Shown here in pieces: positions 26,451 through 39,354 of a stretch of 64,000 nt of DNA. The notes below the pieces were generated by a model that was not told the origin of the DNA, did not search any database, and saw nothing but the letters and a program-made list of their open reading frames with translations. The DNA is from Octopus vulgaris. Its lineage: Eukaryota. The translations under genes and the position numbers were made by a program. Positions within the stretch are counted from its first letter, which is position 1. Every line of letters begins with the position of its first letter. The stretch lies in assembly GCA_951406725.2 (NCBI GenBank), contig OX597827.1, positions 77,562,001 to 77,626,000 on the forward strand, in the 5' to 3' direction.

Positions 26451-27758
26451 AAGAAACCTAGTTTCAATACAAGAGACTCTCTTTACTATAAACCCTTAAG
26501 ATGAAACAACACTGACTAAGAGCAGTTGTATTAATCAAGGGTGAAACAGAATTGGAAACGTAGCTGTTCCCTTATTCCCCAAGTGGAGAGTAACTGAAAT
26601 GTTTAGAGTGAAAACTCCACTCAAACTCAATGTGATAAAACTGATATACACAGGTATTAACAAGGTTTTCTTCTTTTAAGCATATAATCCAAGGGGTCAC
26701 CAAATCTGACCATTTCCTTCAAGTTGGTGTAGGCTGGAATAATTTGCTGTTGAGGCAGGTTATCTTTCCAATGGGAGGGTGTGGAGGGGTCTTAATACTG
26801 ATGATCATTGGAGCGAGGAAGACCTGTTAATAGAGTTGGGACCCTGCAATATTTGCTGCACCATGTAACAAGTTCACAAGAATCCAAATGGTCCCAATAC
26901 TACAGTACCTTACACCCGACCTAATGAGAGCTTGACCTGCTAGAAATAGCAACCAAACTTCCCTCAAACTAAACTTACTCGTCTTATAATATAAATCCAG
27001 AATAAAAAATAGGATGGTCACAGTTCGAAGATCTTTGTGACCATGGGTCTGTTAAGTAAAGGACTAACCGGGGGCTAAACAACAAAAAACCACAACAAAA
27101 ACATGCCAGGAATCAGATAACCAGTTCGGAAGAGTTAAGAAATTTGGCCCCGATTTCAATTTATCTCAGTCGTTTATGGACCCTATGCATGTATTTGACC
27201 TTCGTAAGGGTCAAACTCTCAGACCCTAAATTTCCTTCACAGGTAGAAGCCATTTTAACAAACATCACACTGAAGAATCTTAAAGAGCGACTTTCTCTCA
27301 ACTACTCAATCGTAACTCTACGTTTATGAGATCGAATCCAGCTTTGATTACCTCTTACATACTTACTTATTTCTTACCTTTTGAACGCGACTGGTATGGA
27401 TATAATACCAACCCCTTATTATATGTTAATTAGTATACATTAAGTGTCAAACATGAAAATAAAGAACTAAATTCAAAGCATAAGTTGATGGGACTGCAAA
27501 TTATTTATTTATTGAACGAGCAGAGAAAACTAAGAACAGCTATTAATCGTGGCCAAATCTTCAAATTTATACCCTACTGTCTTGGAGAGGGGAAAAAAGG
27601 TGGGGTTGGCGCACACATTAAGGTTAATGTAGTCGGCAGCTGGAATGCTTTTGATCATGGGGCTAACTGATTGAAAAAAATCAGAGTCTGCCTGGAGCTA
27701 AAAACAATATCACAGGGAAATAAAAACATATCGGAATGTACTGAAATTAACAAATCAA

Positions 27759-27811
<53 letters not shown>

Positions 27812-29125
27812 GCGCCACATACACACACGAATGTTGCTTCTGATAAGATAAGATATAGATATTTATAATTATGCTGAAAGTGTATAGAAGTCAGTCTCAC
27901 GGAAAAAGTTGACAGCCACAAACGTATGTTTTTTTAAAAACCGAAAACCTGCATCATGTTGTTGCCGATGGTAAACATATTTATGTTAAAGTACAACCAA
28001 TATATACCAATAGTGGTGTGTGGGTGTGTGTACGTGTGTGTGTGATGACTAATATTTACTTAGAACCAGCCAGGGTGAGCGATGTTGTGACGGGGATTCC
28101 ACATCGACGTTTATTTTTAACACAGAATTGCTAAATAAAGCGCTTTCGGTTCTTCGTTATTAGAATATAAAAATAATAATAATAATAATGTCATATGACC
28201 TATATATATAAAAGTACTTGCTCCAACGAAATCTATTAGAGGTACGTGTAACGTACACACACACACATCATACATACATATATATATGAGTGTAAGGCAG
28301 ATCACATACGTATATATATATATATATATAAAATATATATATATATACACAACATATTTGCATAATCATGCATATTAACACACCACATGCATATATATAT
28401 ACCCCATATGTATACACACACACACGTGTATGTGTGTGTGTATATATGTGTATGTATTATATATATATATATTATAAATTAGCATTTATTTATGAATCTG
28501 TGAAATATTTGTACACTCATATAATAGAGGGATAAGTTTTATGTATGGTTATTTTATGAAGGATTTCGTGGCTTACTGTTTAAAATGTAGAATTTATGGC
28601 GGTAAAGAAGGTTGTCGCTGGAGGACACCTCGCCTTGACGCCATAAAAAAATATATAAAGAAAGATAAAGAGGGTGAGGGGGGAAGAAAAGAGGGAGATG
28701 TAGAGAGGAGAAAGAATAAAGGGGGAAATATATATATATAGTGGCAGAGACAGATATGATGGATAGATAGATATACATATATAAGACAGTGAGATTAGAG
28801 AGACAGGGAGATGGATAGATCGATATAGAGAGAATGAAATAGAATAGAGAGACGTGTGTGTAGAGAGAGAATAGAAGATGAAGAGAGGAAGATAGAGTAT
28901 AAGGATAGAGGGAGGGAAAATGTACTGAAAGAATAAAGAAAGTGGGAGGGGGAGAGGAAGAGAAGTGTTGAGTTGGAAATAAATCGTTTTAAGATGGATT
29001 GATGGAATGAAATGACCGGAGGAGAGGATATTGGGGGGGAAAAGGAAAAATTGTAAGTAAATGCGAGATAAATGAGACGGGAGGAAAGCTGGAATAAATA
29101 AAGCGATTGTGAATGTGTCACTTAC

Positions 29126-29450
29126 TCTCTAAGTCTGGTCCTTCAAAGCGAGTGTAACGAGAGAGAGAGGGGGGGAGGGAACCCCTCCACGGCATCAGGC
29201 AGCTCCGTTGGTTCCAGCAGAGCCAAACAGCGAACGGTCGGAATTCATTCGGGTGGTTTACATGTCAAAATGATACCCTAATATTCAGCTTGCCGTTGTT
29301 GTTGTAGATGTGGTTGTCATAGCAGGTACCTTTTAGGAAAAAAAAGAGACCCAAGGTAGATATAGCGGGAGGAGGAGTGCGTCAGCGACGACATAAGCCA
29401 AAGGGAAGTAACTCGGTAACAACTGTCGAGCTAGTTAAATCCGGATTATT
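29126..29450 (-). promoter_or_regulatory. Candidate promoter and non-coding first exon of the 8-finger ZNF gene
   Basis: Locally CpG-richer unique sequence ending in a consensus donor GTAAGT (plus-strand cacttac, 29119-29125); TSS position not determinable. Confidence 0.5.
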
Positions 29451-30454
29451 TAGGTTAACATCTATTTCATTGTTTTCCCCTCCACTTTATTTCTCACGAT
29501 TCCTGACAATAATTACAAAGCAATTAACTAAAGGCATCATCTTATATTAACTCCTACGAGACAGGATAAAATATGCTGAGTGCAAAAACATGACAAATAC
29601 CAACCCCAGAAGTTTTTTTACGGAGGAACATTCTTCAATATGTCCGAATCAGAGTGACCTAGTTAATAGTTTATCAGTATTATTTATCAAATTTGGATAT
29701 TTTAAACCAGAGATTTAGCCAAACCGCCGTGCAAAGTGGATATAACATGAAACACAGTAAAACAATATAAGAAGCTAACTTATATTATATAATTTTTACT
29801 TTATTCAAAAATATCAATTCCTCGCATTAACTTTAAATGGGACGGATTTCTTTTTGCAAGGAACTATTCACCGCTTTTCATTGTCTCGAGTGAAAGGCTT
29901 AGGAGAGACAAAGAAGTGTTCCAGACTCACTCCTCCACTCTTCCTCCCCTTCCCTCCTACTCCTCATACTCTAATCTGATACTCTGTCAGTTTCCCCCTC
30001 TCTCTCTGTCATAGTACCGTTACTCCTGCCCTTCTTTAGAGGCGTAGAAGGAGGGAGGAAGGGGAGGAGGCTTTAGAAGTCGTTAGAAAAATGTGGGAAC
30101 GGAATTTTGAAAATAAATGCACGGCTGCGAATTAACTGATCGCTATTACACCATTCGCCTGTGGAAATATGCGCTCGTATATGTATATATATAGACTGAT
30201 GGATAGATAATATTATATGTAATACCATATCCAATATATATATACGTATACATATATATATATATATAAATACGTACATATATACACAGATATATGTATA
30301 TAACAGTTTATATATGTGTATGTAAATGTCTATAATTAATGTCTACCGTGCCAAAGCAGATACTGGGACATAATTCAGCTCTTGTCAAAGCGTCCTACCC
30401 ATGCCAGCATGGAACGTGGACGTTAAATGACGATGATGATTATGATGCGTGAGA

Positions 30455-30640
30455 TAACCGGTGTCGTTTTGTTTACGTCCCCGTCGCCTAGCGGTTCGAC
30501 AAAAAAGATCGATAAAACAAGTACCAGTCTTTGAAAAAAATATGTGCTGGGGTCGATTTATTCGACTAAAATTCTCCAACGCTGTGCCCCAGCATGGCCA
30601 CAGTCCAAAGACTGAAACAAGTGAAAACATGAAACAAAAG
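30455..30640 (+). mobile_element. SINE family B 3' half
   Basis: gtttacgtccccgt...gtgccccagcatggccacagtc..gactgaaacaag. Confidence 0.75.
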
Positions 30641-30699
30641 ATATATGTAATATACATATAGCTATATGTATATTCTCACCACGGATCACGCACCACTAA

Positions 30700-30922
30700 T
30701 ATACATCTATCTATCTATCTATCTGTCTCTATCTATCTATCTATCTGTCTCTACCTATCTATCTATCTATCTATCTATCTGTCTGTCTATCTTTCTGTCT
30801 CTATCTATCTCTATCTATCTATCTAGCTATCTGCCTGTCTATCTACCTATCTATCTATCTATCCTTCTCTCTCTCTATATATATATATATGTGTGTGTGT
30901 ATTTCTATCTATCTATCTATCC

Positions 30923-30954
<32 letters not shown>

Positions 30955-31028
30955 GTGTGTGTTTGTGTGTATTTCTATCTATGTATCTACCCATCTATCT
31001 ACCTATCTATCTATCTATCTATCTATCC

Positions 31029-31076
<48 letters not shown>

Positions 31077-31200
31077 ATTTCTACACATGCATATATCTAT
31101 ACATATATACGTACATTTACACACTCACATATATGTATATACATACGTGTGTATTTATGTCTATTTACACACATGCACACACACACACACACACACACAA
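30700..31200. repeat. (TCTA)n compound microsatellite
   Basis: Directly visible. Confidence 0.95.
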
Positions 31201-31889
31201 ATGTCTTCCCCTGCCCCTCTGTATCCCTGGCAAGCCACCCGTCCCTTCCTTACGTACAGCCCTTCAAATTATCCCTCTCTTCCTCTCTCTCTCTCTCTGT
31301 CTCTTTCTCTCCTCCCGCCCCCCTTTCCCCCCACAGTAGATGTCTTCACTGACCGCCATAATAAACAGAACGTCATAAGCAACTCCCTATTTCATTCTTC
31401 TCCTTTTTCCCTTCTGCAAAAATACAATCTGGTTTCTGCTGGTTCGGACGAGTCCAGTAATATTGCGATGTTGGCTGCATCTTTATCAGCCATTTTCAAT
31501 GCCGTAAAAGTGCTGGTCTTTTAGCCCCAGTTAAGCTCTGACCAAAGCTCTCCAGCTATGACCATCCTGTCTCATTTTTAATATATCCATCAATGTTTTA
31601 TTTTTCCATCTAATTTCTCCTTTTCTTTTTTTTAAGATGCTAAAGTTGTGGTTTGAGGGTAATACGACTGCTATTTTTCGCTGGTGAAGCAATATCTTAG
31701 AGGCGCTCCCCTGTGACACAGTTGATGCAGTTGCGTGACCTGCTAGAAATAGTAGCTATGGATGTGTATGAGATTGTGAGTGCCTGTTTTTCGCATAAAG
31801 TTCTGCATAAACAAGTATATGCACGCCTACATCTATGTGTTTGTGTGTGTGCACGCATATGTGTGTGTGTGTGTGTGTGTGCATGTATA

Positions 31890-31923
<34 letters not shown>

Positions 31924-31960
31924 CATATATATATACATATATATATACATACATACATAT

Positions 31961-32006
<46 letters not shown>

Positions 32007-32088
32007 GGAATTTACAGAAAAACAAAACAAGACAGGTGTATAAACAACAAACAGGTGTATTAGTTTGATACTCAGGAAGGTGAGAAAG

Positions 32089-32126
32089 TCTTTTATGTTT
32101 CGAGCCTATGCTCTTCAGCAGAAAGA
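32089..32126 (-). ncRNA. Degenerate Penelope-type minimal hammerhead motif
   Basis: Minus strand tcttt-CTGCTGA-a-gagc(atag)gctc-GAAA-cat-a-aaaga; core position 6 is C instead of A. Confidence 0.4.
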
Positions 32127-32318
32127 AACACAAGGAAATAAACAGAGAGAGAATTAAAAATGCTTTCGGGGCTGGCACTCAATCATGGTGGCTTGCTGGA
32201 CAGAGGTGGTTAGACAGAAGAGTTAGATACACACACACACACACACATGCATACACATATGTACATCATCATTTTATATCATTTTTTCTATGCCGACAGC
32301 AGTTTGATGGTTTGACAG

Positions 32319-32554
32319 GCGGCGAGCTGGCAGAATCGTTAGCATGCCAGGCAAAATGCTTAGCAGTATTTCGTCTGCCATTACGTTCTGAGTTCAAATT
32401 CCACCAAGGTCGACTTTGCCTTTCATCCTTTCGGGGTCGAGAAATTAAGTACCAGTTACGCACTGGGGTCGATGTAATCGACTTAATCCATGTGTCTGTC
32501 CTTGTTTGTCCCCTCTGTGTGTAGCCCCTTGTGGGCAGTAAAGAAATAAAAATA
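32319..32554 (+). mobile_element. SINE family A with target-site duplication
   Basis: ggcggcgagctggcagaatcg head; ggtttgacag repeated at 32309 and 32555. Confidence 0.9.
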
Positions 32555-33113
32555 GGTTTGACAGGGACAGATAAGCTCAAGGTCTCTGCCAGATTCCGTG
32601 TCTGGTTTTGCCTGTTTTCTGCAGCTGGGTACCCTTCCTAATGGCAACCTATTCACTGAATGTACTGGGTGCTTTTTATGTGTGTACAGGGTGCACCAGC
32701 ACTAGTGAGGACACCAAGTACCTGCAAGATAAAACTGCTCTCAACTGAGTGGGGGTAAAGGATGGTGGGAGAAGAAACTAGGACAGAGGGAGAGAAGCAA
32801 GTACCTTGCTGAAGAGGTGAAGACATTGTTTGCCCACCTGGAGAGAGAGAGAGATAAAGAGATGTTAGGTGGAACAGGTGGATGTGTAGTTAAGTGCACT
32901 GGGTGAGAAATAGTGTGACAGATGATTAAAGTTAGGAAAGGAATTGGATGCAGAAGGCATCAGTTCAGGGTGGAGAGAAATTGAGAAAATTGGGTAGCAT
33001 AGAAGATTAATGGAAGAGTGGCTGTTAGAAAAGGAGTTGTGGAGGAAGGCTTGACAAAACCTCCATTCTTGTTGAGATGGACAGGTCTTTTCAAGTACAG
33101 CATCATGCCATTC

Positions 33114-33406
33114 CGCAATGGCCTGGTGGTTAGGGCAGCGGACTCACAGTCGGAGGATCGTGGTTTCGATTCCCAGACCAGGCGTTGAGTGTGTTTATTG
33201 AGCAAAAACACCTAAAGCCCCATGAGGCTCCGGCAGGGGGGGGCAACCCCTGTTGTACTCTTTCACCGCAACTTTCTCTCACACTTTCTTCCTGTTTCTT
33301 GAGTAACGCTGCATTGGACTGGTGTCCCGTCCAGCTAGGGAGGAACACATACGCCACAGAAACTGGTAAACCGTTAGGCTTGAAAAGGGCAACATATTTT
33401 ACGTTT
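33114..33406 (+). mobile_element. SINE with family D head and V-domain-like 3' half; 12 bp TSD
   Basis: atcatgccattc at 33102-33113 and 33407-33418. Confidence 0.85.
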
Positions 33407-33914
33407 ATCATGCCATTCATGTTGGTCCCCTCCATCTCCTCAGAGGGTCTCAACATCTTGAGGTCAGTCTTCACTTTATTCCTCATCTTCCCAGATCCAC
33501 CTCTTCTACAGGTTCCTTCCATGTTTAATGATTAGCACTTCTTTATACAGCTGTCCTTACCCAGCTGCATCACATCACTGTACCAGCACAGTCTTCTTGC
33601 CTGCACTCCACATCTAATGCCTCTTATACCCAATTTTTCTCTAAGCACGTCTGTTCTTTGTCATGCTTTCACACTAACATTGCACTCCAGTAAAGCATAC
33701 TTGTTTCATTTCTTTCAAGTCTTCACATGTCCTCTGCATTCACAACCCGAATTTCACAGTCATGTTGCATTGCTGTTCCTACACAGTTACCATGCAATCT
33801 GCCTTTCATTCTGAGAGAGAGAGGCCTGTTACCAACAGAGGTGAAAGTTCTCTGTGACATGGTGGTCCCTAAGGAAGCTAGAACTAGACAGATGACTTGG
33901 GAAAGCTGTGCAAG

Positions 33915-35085
33915 CATGTAAAAGGGAGCAGTTAGTAAAGGGACAGTTAACTGTGAGTTCAGTAATGAATTTAGAGTATAGGTAGGCATTCACCAGGGCT
34001 CAGTTCTCAGTCCTCTCCTATTCATCATAGTCCTCCAGACCAGAACAGAAGAATTTAAGACCAGCTGCCCCAGGGAACTATCATATGCTGATGATTTTGC
34101 TCTCATGGTAGAATCTGTAACAGTATTAGATAATAAATTCTGGGTGTGGAAGCAAAACCTGGAATCAAAAGGCCTTAAAGTTAACATAGCAAAGCCCAAA
34201 GATCTAGTAAGCAGGATTCTACCCACTTCAGGTAAATGGCCCTACTCAATATGTAGGAAGGGTGAAGGCAGGTCTTCCATTTGGTGTGCCCAGTGCAAGC
34301 TATAGAATCAAAAGAAGGTTAAGTAAGAAAGTAGTGTATGTGGAAGATTCACAGAAGCAGTGAACACTAAGGAGTCATGGCAAATAGATTTTCTTGAATG
34401 CCATGGAAGCTTCCTGGAGGTGGCAGATAGCTTTCTGTTACTTAAATGACCTAATTAGCAGTGGTGGAGGATGATCCAACAGGATAGTTGCAAGAGTAAG
34501 AACAGGATGGAGAAGGTTCAGAGAGTTATTACCTCTGTTCTCTTTCTCTGAATGAAAGACATTGTATTATGCTTGTATGGAATGGAAGCACTCCGTCAGT
34601 TACAACGACGAGGGTTCCGGTTGATCCGAATCAACGGAACAGCCTGCTCGTGAAATTAACGTGTAAGTGGCTGAGCACTCCACAGACACGTAGTTCTCGG
34701 GGATATTCAGCGTGACACAGAGAGTGACAAGGCCGGCCCTTTGAAATACAGGTACAACAGAAACAGGAAGTAAGAGTGAGAGAAAGTTGTGGTGAAAGAG
34801 TACAGCAGGGATCACCACCATCCCCTGCCGGAGCCTCGTGGAGCCTTAGGTGTTTTCGCTCAATAAACACTCACAATGCCTGGTCTGGGAATCGAAACCG
34901 CGAGTCCGCTGCCCTAACCACTGGGCCATTGCGCCTCCACTACGATGCTTGTATATGAAGAGCAATGCTACATATTAGAGAGGAATGAAACTAGTATGCT
35001 CTGTTTGATGTGCAATGTCAGTGTGCATTGATGCCAAAGCACTGATGTACTGACCAAGATCTTATGCATCAGAAGGAATCAAGGT
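33915..35085 (+). mobile_element. RTE LINE reverse transcriptase remnant interrupted by a SINE
   Basis: GIHQGSVLSPLLF, YADDFAL, GLKVNIAK and CRKG..C..C read in plus-strand frames. Confidence 0.85.
34588..34938 (-). mobile_element. Full-length SINE family D
   Basis: Reverse complement of 5194-5565; atgcttgtat repeated on both sides. Confidence 0.9.
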
Positions 35086-35418
35086 ATTCCTATTTCTTGA
35101 GTAACGCTGCGATGGACTGGTGTCGCGTCCAGCTGGGGGGAACACATATGCCACAGAAACCAGGAAACCGGGCCCGTGAGCCTGGCTATGCTTGAAAAGG
35201 GCGACATATTTTACATTTATCATGCCATATATTATTATTACCATTATTCAGGTCACTGGAATCAAACTCGGAATCTTGGGGTTAGTAGCCTGCGCTCTTA
35301 ACCACTACACCGTTCGATTCCAGGCAGTGACCTGATTAATAATAATGATAATAATAACAACAACAACAACATCAAAAGGTACCTTAGGAATAAGAACCCA
35401 GGTTCAAAATTTCCTCAA

Positions 35419-35464
35419 GACACCTGATGAAGGCTGGAGGATATATCAGCAGAAACGTTGTGTT
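35419..35464 (+). ncRNA. Type I minimal (Penelope-type) hammerhead ribozyme motif
   Basis: gacac-CTGATGA-ag-gctg(10 nt loop)cagc-a-GAAA-CGTT-gtgtt: stem I, stem II, intact core and palindromic ACGT stem III; the pair closing stem II is mismatched. Confidence 0.65.
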
Positions 35465-35644
35465 AACAACCAACAAGATGTGGACAATTATCTGTCAAAT
35501 GTAAATAATGTAAATAATTCCTCATCGCTGAAATATCGAACTGATCTCTTTCCCTTCACTAAGCAACAAATTAATATATTTCTTGTGCACTTCGTCATTT
35601 TTTTTTCCTGTTTTTTGTTTGTTTATTTGAATCATATATATATA

Positions 35645-35684
<40 letters not shown>

Positions 35685-35688
<4 letters not shown>

Positions 35689-36190
35689 TGTAGTTGTGTG
35701 AGTGTCTGTCCCCTTCGATTTTGATTCCTAACTCCTCCCACATTTTGCGGTGCAGTTTAACCAAATTCGGGTATCTTATAGTCGTGATTAATATCGAGCC
35801 TGTCTGGCTATTAGCGCGCGTCTACGATGAGTCTACGATTTTAAAAATAATTTAACATCATTTTTTATTCCATTTTAATGCATAATTTTTCGTGTGTCGT
35901 TGGCGGCGGAGTTGGCGTCCACGCTCAAACACCTGCACCTGTGTTTGCTTCTCCCCCTTCTTCCCTCCCTCGTGAAGCTGTGGGGAAGGGAGTTTAAGGA
36001 AATCAACGTCGTAATGCGTTGTCAAAGAGACCAGCGTTCTTTTAGAACAACAACTTCATGGCTTGAAGACACCAAAACAGAAATGGCTAAGAAAGCCCGT
36101 ATTGGCATCTATAAAGGAAGTAACTCTCTAAAAATGCTTATATAGTTATTTCCCTTACAAACCCGAGCAACGCCAGGTGATACTGCTAGT
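35685..36190 (-). mobile_element. Helentron/DINE-1-like non-autonomous element
   Basis: Minus strand starts actagcagtatcacctggcgttgctcggg; ends gacagacac..acaactacagttttata inside (TA)n. Confidence 0.65.
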
Positions 36191-37424
36191 ATATATATAT
36201 ATATATACACATACATACATATATTTCTACATCATTGTTTTAATGGCTACTTTACCAAGATTGCAAGGCTCAGATAGAAATTCACGGAGGCAGATTTTCT
36301 ATGACTGGATTTCCTTCTCATCACCAAACCTCACCTGTTTCCAAAGCAACATAATATTTCTCCACATTTACAAGTGTTTTCACCGGAAATAAACACTGCT
36401 CATATGACAGTGGACACTCACTCACATCTACCACATGATGACAAGACGAGGAATCACAAATATACACATGTATATCAGGGTATCAGCTATCAGATGTTGT
36501 TATACATCACTGGTCACAATGCACTTTGCATTGTTTTAGCTTTCAAATGATGCCACTCCACAGGCAAGGTGAGCAGGCCAACATCCCTCCTCCTGATCAG
36601 AAGACTAGTCTATTGCAGTGTGACCCATCTACAGCCGAGTGGACTGGGGCAACATATTAAATTCCAATTCCAGCCACTGTGTTGGAGAAGATATTTGTCC
36701 AACAGTCTGGGAATTGAATCCTAGATCTAGCAATGACGAGTGGCCCTAACCACTGGGCTATGTGCCTTTACCGCAGACAATCTTTTGAATTCTGGTGCCA
36801 CAGGGAAATGCACACACCACTCTGTGAAAAGTGGTCAGTTTTTGGAAGAGGACCGAGCCATAGAAATCAAGCCAAAAGTGGAATGTGCAAATAAGTTGCG
36901 ATCATTTGAGATGTGTAGGAGGGTAGTAACTCTGGATGACAACAGGTTCAAATTGTGATGAACCAATCAGCATGGAACGTGGATGGAAGACAAAGTTGGT
37001 GATGATGAAGACTTAAATGTAGAGAAAGTATATTTTACCTGGGCTTCAATCTGTGACCATGCTGAAGCATCCCACGAAGGAATTTTAATCAATCACATTG
37101 ATCCTGATGTATATTCCAGTCCTGTTCCAATTTATCAGTCTCTGTTTATCAATTCACTAAGTTGTACCGGTTTGGTATAAAGGGACACAACTCAATGCAC
37201 TACTTTTAATAAGCACAGCTACAAACACACATATACATTCACAGAGTTACACACACACACATGTATACACACACTCATTCTCACATTCCAATGTGGCTTT
37301 GCACAGTTTCTATCCATCAAATTCCAGCCACTGAGTCGGAGAAGATATTTGTCCAACAAGCAGTGCATTGGGCTTGAACCTGGAACCACACTGTTGCAAA
37401 GTGCCCTCCTCGACCACAGGCACA

Positions 37425-37745
37425 GGTGTGGCTGTGTGCTTAAGAAACTGCCTTTGTAGCCACATGGCGCTGAGTTCAACGCCACGGCATGAAACTTCCT
37501 GCAAGTGTCTTCCACCATGGGTCTGCACTGGCCAAAACCTTGTCAGGCCATTTGGTAGACAGAAACTGTGGGAGCCCATCATACACACGTGTGGTTAAGA
37601 AACTTGCATCCTAACCATGTGGTCTTGAGTTCAGTCTCACTGTGCTGCACCTGAGTAAAATTCTTCTACTATAGCCTTGGGCTGACCAAAGCCTTGTGAG
37701 TGAATTTGGTAGATGGACACTATAACAAGCCAAGAAGCCCCTCGT
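37425..37745 (+). mobile_element. Two tandem SINE family B heads
   Basis: gtggctgtgtg..taagaa..; accaaagccttgtgagtgaatttggtaga. Confidence 0.7.
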
Positions 37746-37784
37746 ATATGCTCATTATCTACGTGTAGACACAGGATCATCATT

Positions 37785-37975
37785 TTCATCATCGTCACTT
37801 AACACCCATTTTCCATACTGGCATGGGTTGGACAGTTTGACAGGAGCCGGTAAGGCCAGGGGCTGCAGCAGGTTCTACTGTCTGTTCTGGAGCATAGTTT
37901 CTACAGCTGGATGCCCTTCCTAATGCCAACCACTTTATAGAGTGGACTGGGTGCTTTCTATGTGGAACCAACACC
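37785..37975 (-). mobile_element. RTE LINE 3' end
   Basis: ttttccatactggcatgggttggac...tttctacagctggatgcccttcctaatgccaaccac. Confidence 0.75.
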
Positions 37976-38159
37976 AGAGCTTTTGATGATATAGAACAGT
38001 GGTCCACAAAGTTAGTACCGGGGGTCCATGAACTAAATTTAAAATTTCATATATATATATAAGGATAAGTATATTAAAAGGGGTCCATGGGAAAACCCAT
38101 CTAAATAAAAAGGGTCCTTGCTAATGAAAAGGTTGGGAACCACTAATATAGGTTATATT

Positions 38160-38810
38160 CTTTTCTACTCTAGGCACAAGGCCTGAAATTTTGGGGGAGG
38201 GGGGCCAGTCGATTAGATTGACCCAGTATGCAACTGGTACTTAATTTATTGACCTCCCTGAAAGGATGAAAGTCAAAGTCGACCTTGGCGAAATTTGAAC
38301 TCAGAACGTAAAGACAGATGAAATACTGCTAAGCAGTATAGGTGCAGGAGTGGCTGTATGGCTGTGATAGGTGCAGGAGTGGCTGTGTGGCAAGTAGCTT
38401 GCTTACCAACCACATGGTTCCGGGTTCAATCCCACTGAGTGGCACCTTGGGCAAGTGTTTTCTACTATAGCCTCAGGCCGACCAAAGCCTTGTGAGTGGA
38501 TTTGGTAGACGGAAACTGAAAGAAGCCCATCGTATATATGTGTATATATACATGTGTGTGTGTGTGTGTGTCTGTGTTTGTCTCCCCAACATCGCTTGAC
38601 AACTGATGGTGGTGTGTTTACGTCCCCGTAACTTAACAGTTCAGCAAAAAAAACGATAGAATAAGTACTAGGCTTACAAAGAATAAGTCCTGGGGTTGAT
38701 TTGTCAACTAAAGGCAGTGCTCCAGCATAGCTGCAGTCAAATGACTGAAACAAGTAAAAGAGTAAGCATTTTGCCCAGTATGCTAACGTTTCTGCCAGCT
38801 TGCTGCCTTA
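38160..38810 (-). mobile_element. SINE family A split by a full-length plus-strand family B SINE (38338-38763)
   Basis: Family A sequence stops at ctaagca (38335) and resumes at taagcattttgccc (38763). Confidence 0.85.
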
Positions 38811-39354
38811 TTGATATAGGTTATACTATAGATATACATATATTTATGTATGTATGCTTATCTTGATATTGTGTGACAGTTATAAATGAACATCACCATC
38901 ATACGAGTGATGTTGCTTGTTCCCAGTCATTCATGAAATATGTCTGGCCACAGAGAAATATTACCTTGCTTGGAAACAGGTGTGGGTTGGTGACAGGATG
39001 GGCATCCAGCTGCAGCAAATTCGCTTCACTGAATTACGTCTGATCCATGCAAACATGGATAAGTGGACATGAAATGATCACATGCACACTAGCAGCCAGT
39101 CCACTTTGTAAAGTGGTTGGCATTAGGAAGGGCATCCGGCCACAGAAACCATAGCAAAACAAATAGAGCTTAATGTAGCTCTCCTGGCCTTGCCAGCTCC
39201 TGTCAAACCCTGCAGCTCATACCAGCATGGAAAAACAGACATCACATGATGATGATGATGATGACATAAGATGGTATCAGAACTGCCTGGATTATATCTT
39301 GTAAATGTGTAACCTTAAGTTTACAATATCTGTGTTCAAGCTTGCGTATTTGTG

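Larger units (their letters stand above)
32265..33870 (-). mobile_element. Old RTE LINE 3' portion carrying two nested SINEs
   Basis: GLSLRMKGRL and EGTCRRG motifs at 33430-33870; 3' UTR toward 32265. Confidence 0.7.

Noticed and set aside
28133-28168. Hammerhead-like CTAATAA...GAAAGCGCT on the minus strand
   Set aside because: Two core mismatches and no convincing stem II
33430-35085. Back-to-back RTE pieces as a single twin-priming inversion
   Set aside because: The geometry fits, but the overlapping region of about 200 bp is strongly diverged between the pieces, which favours two independent old insertions
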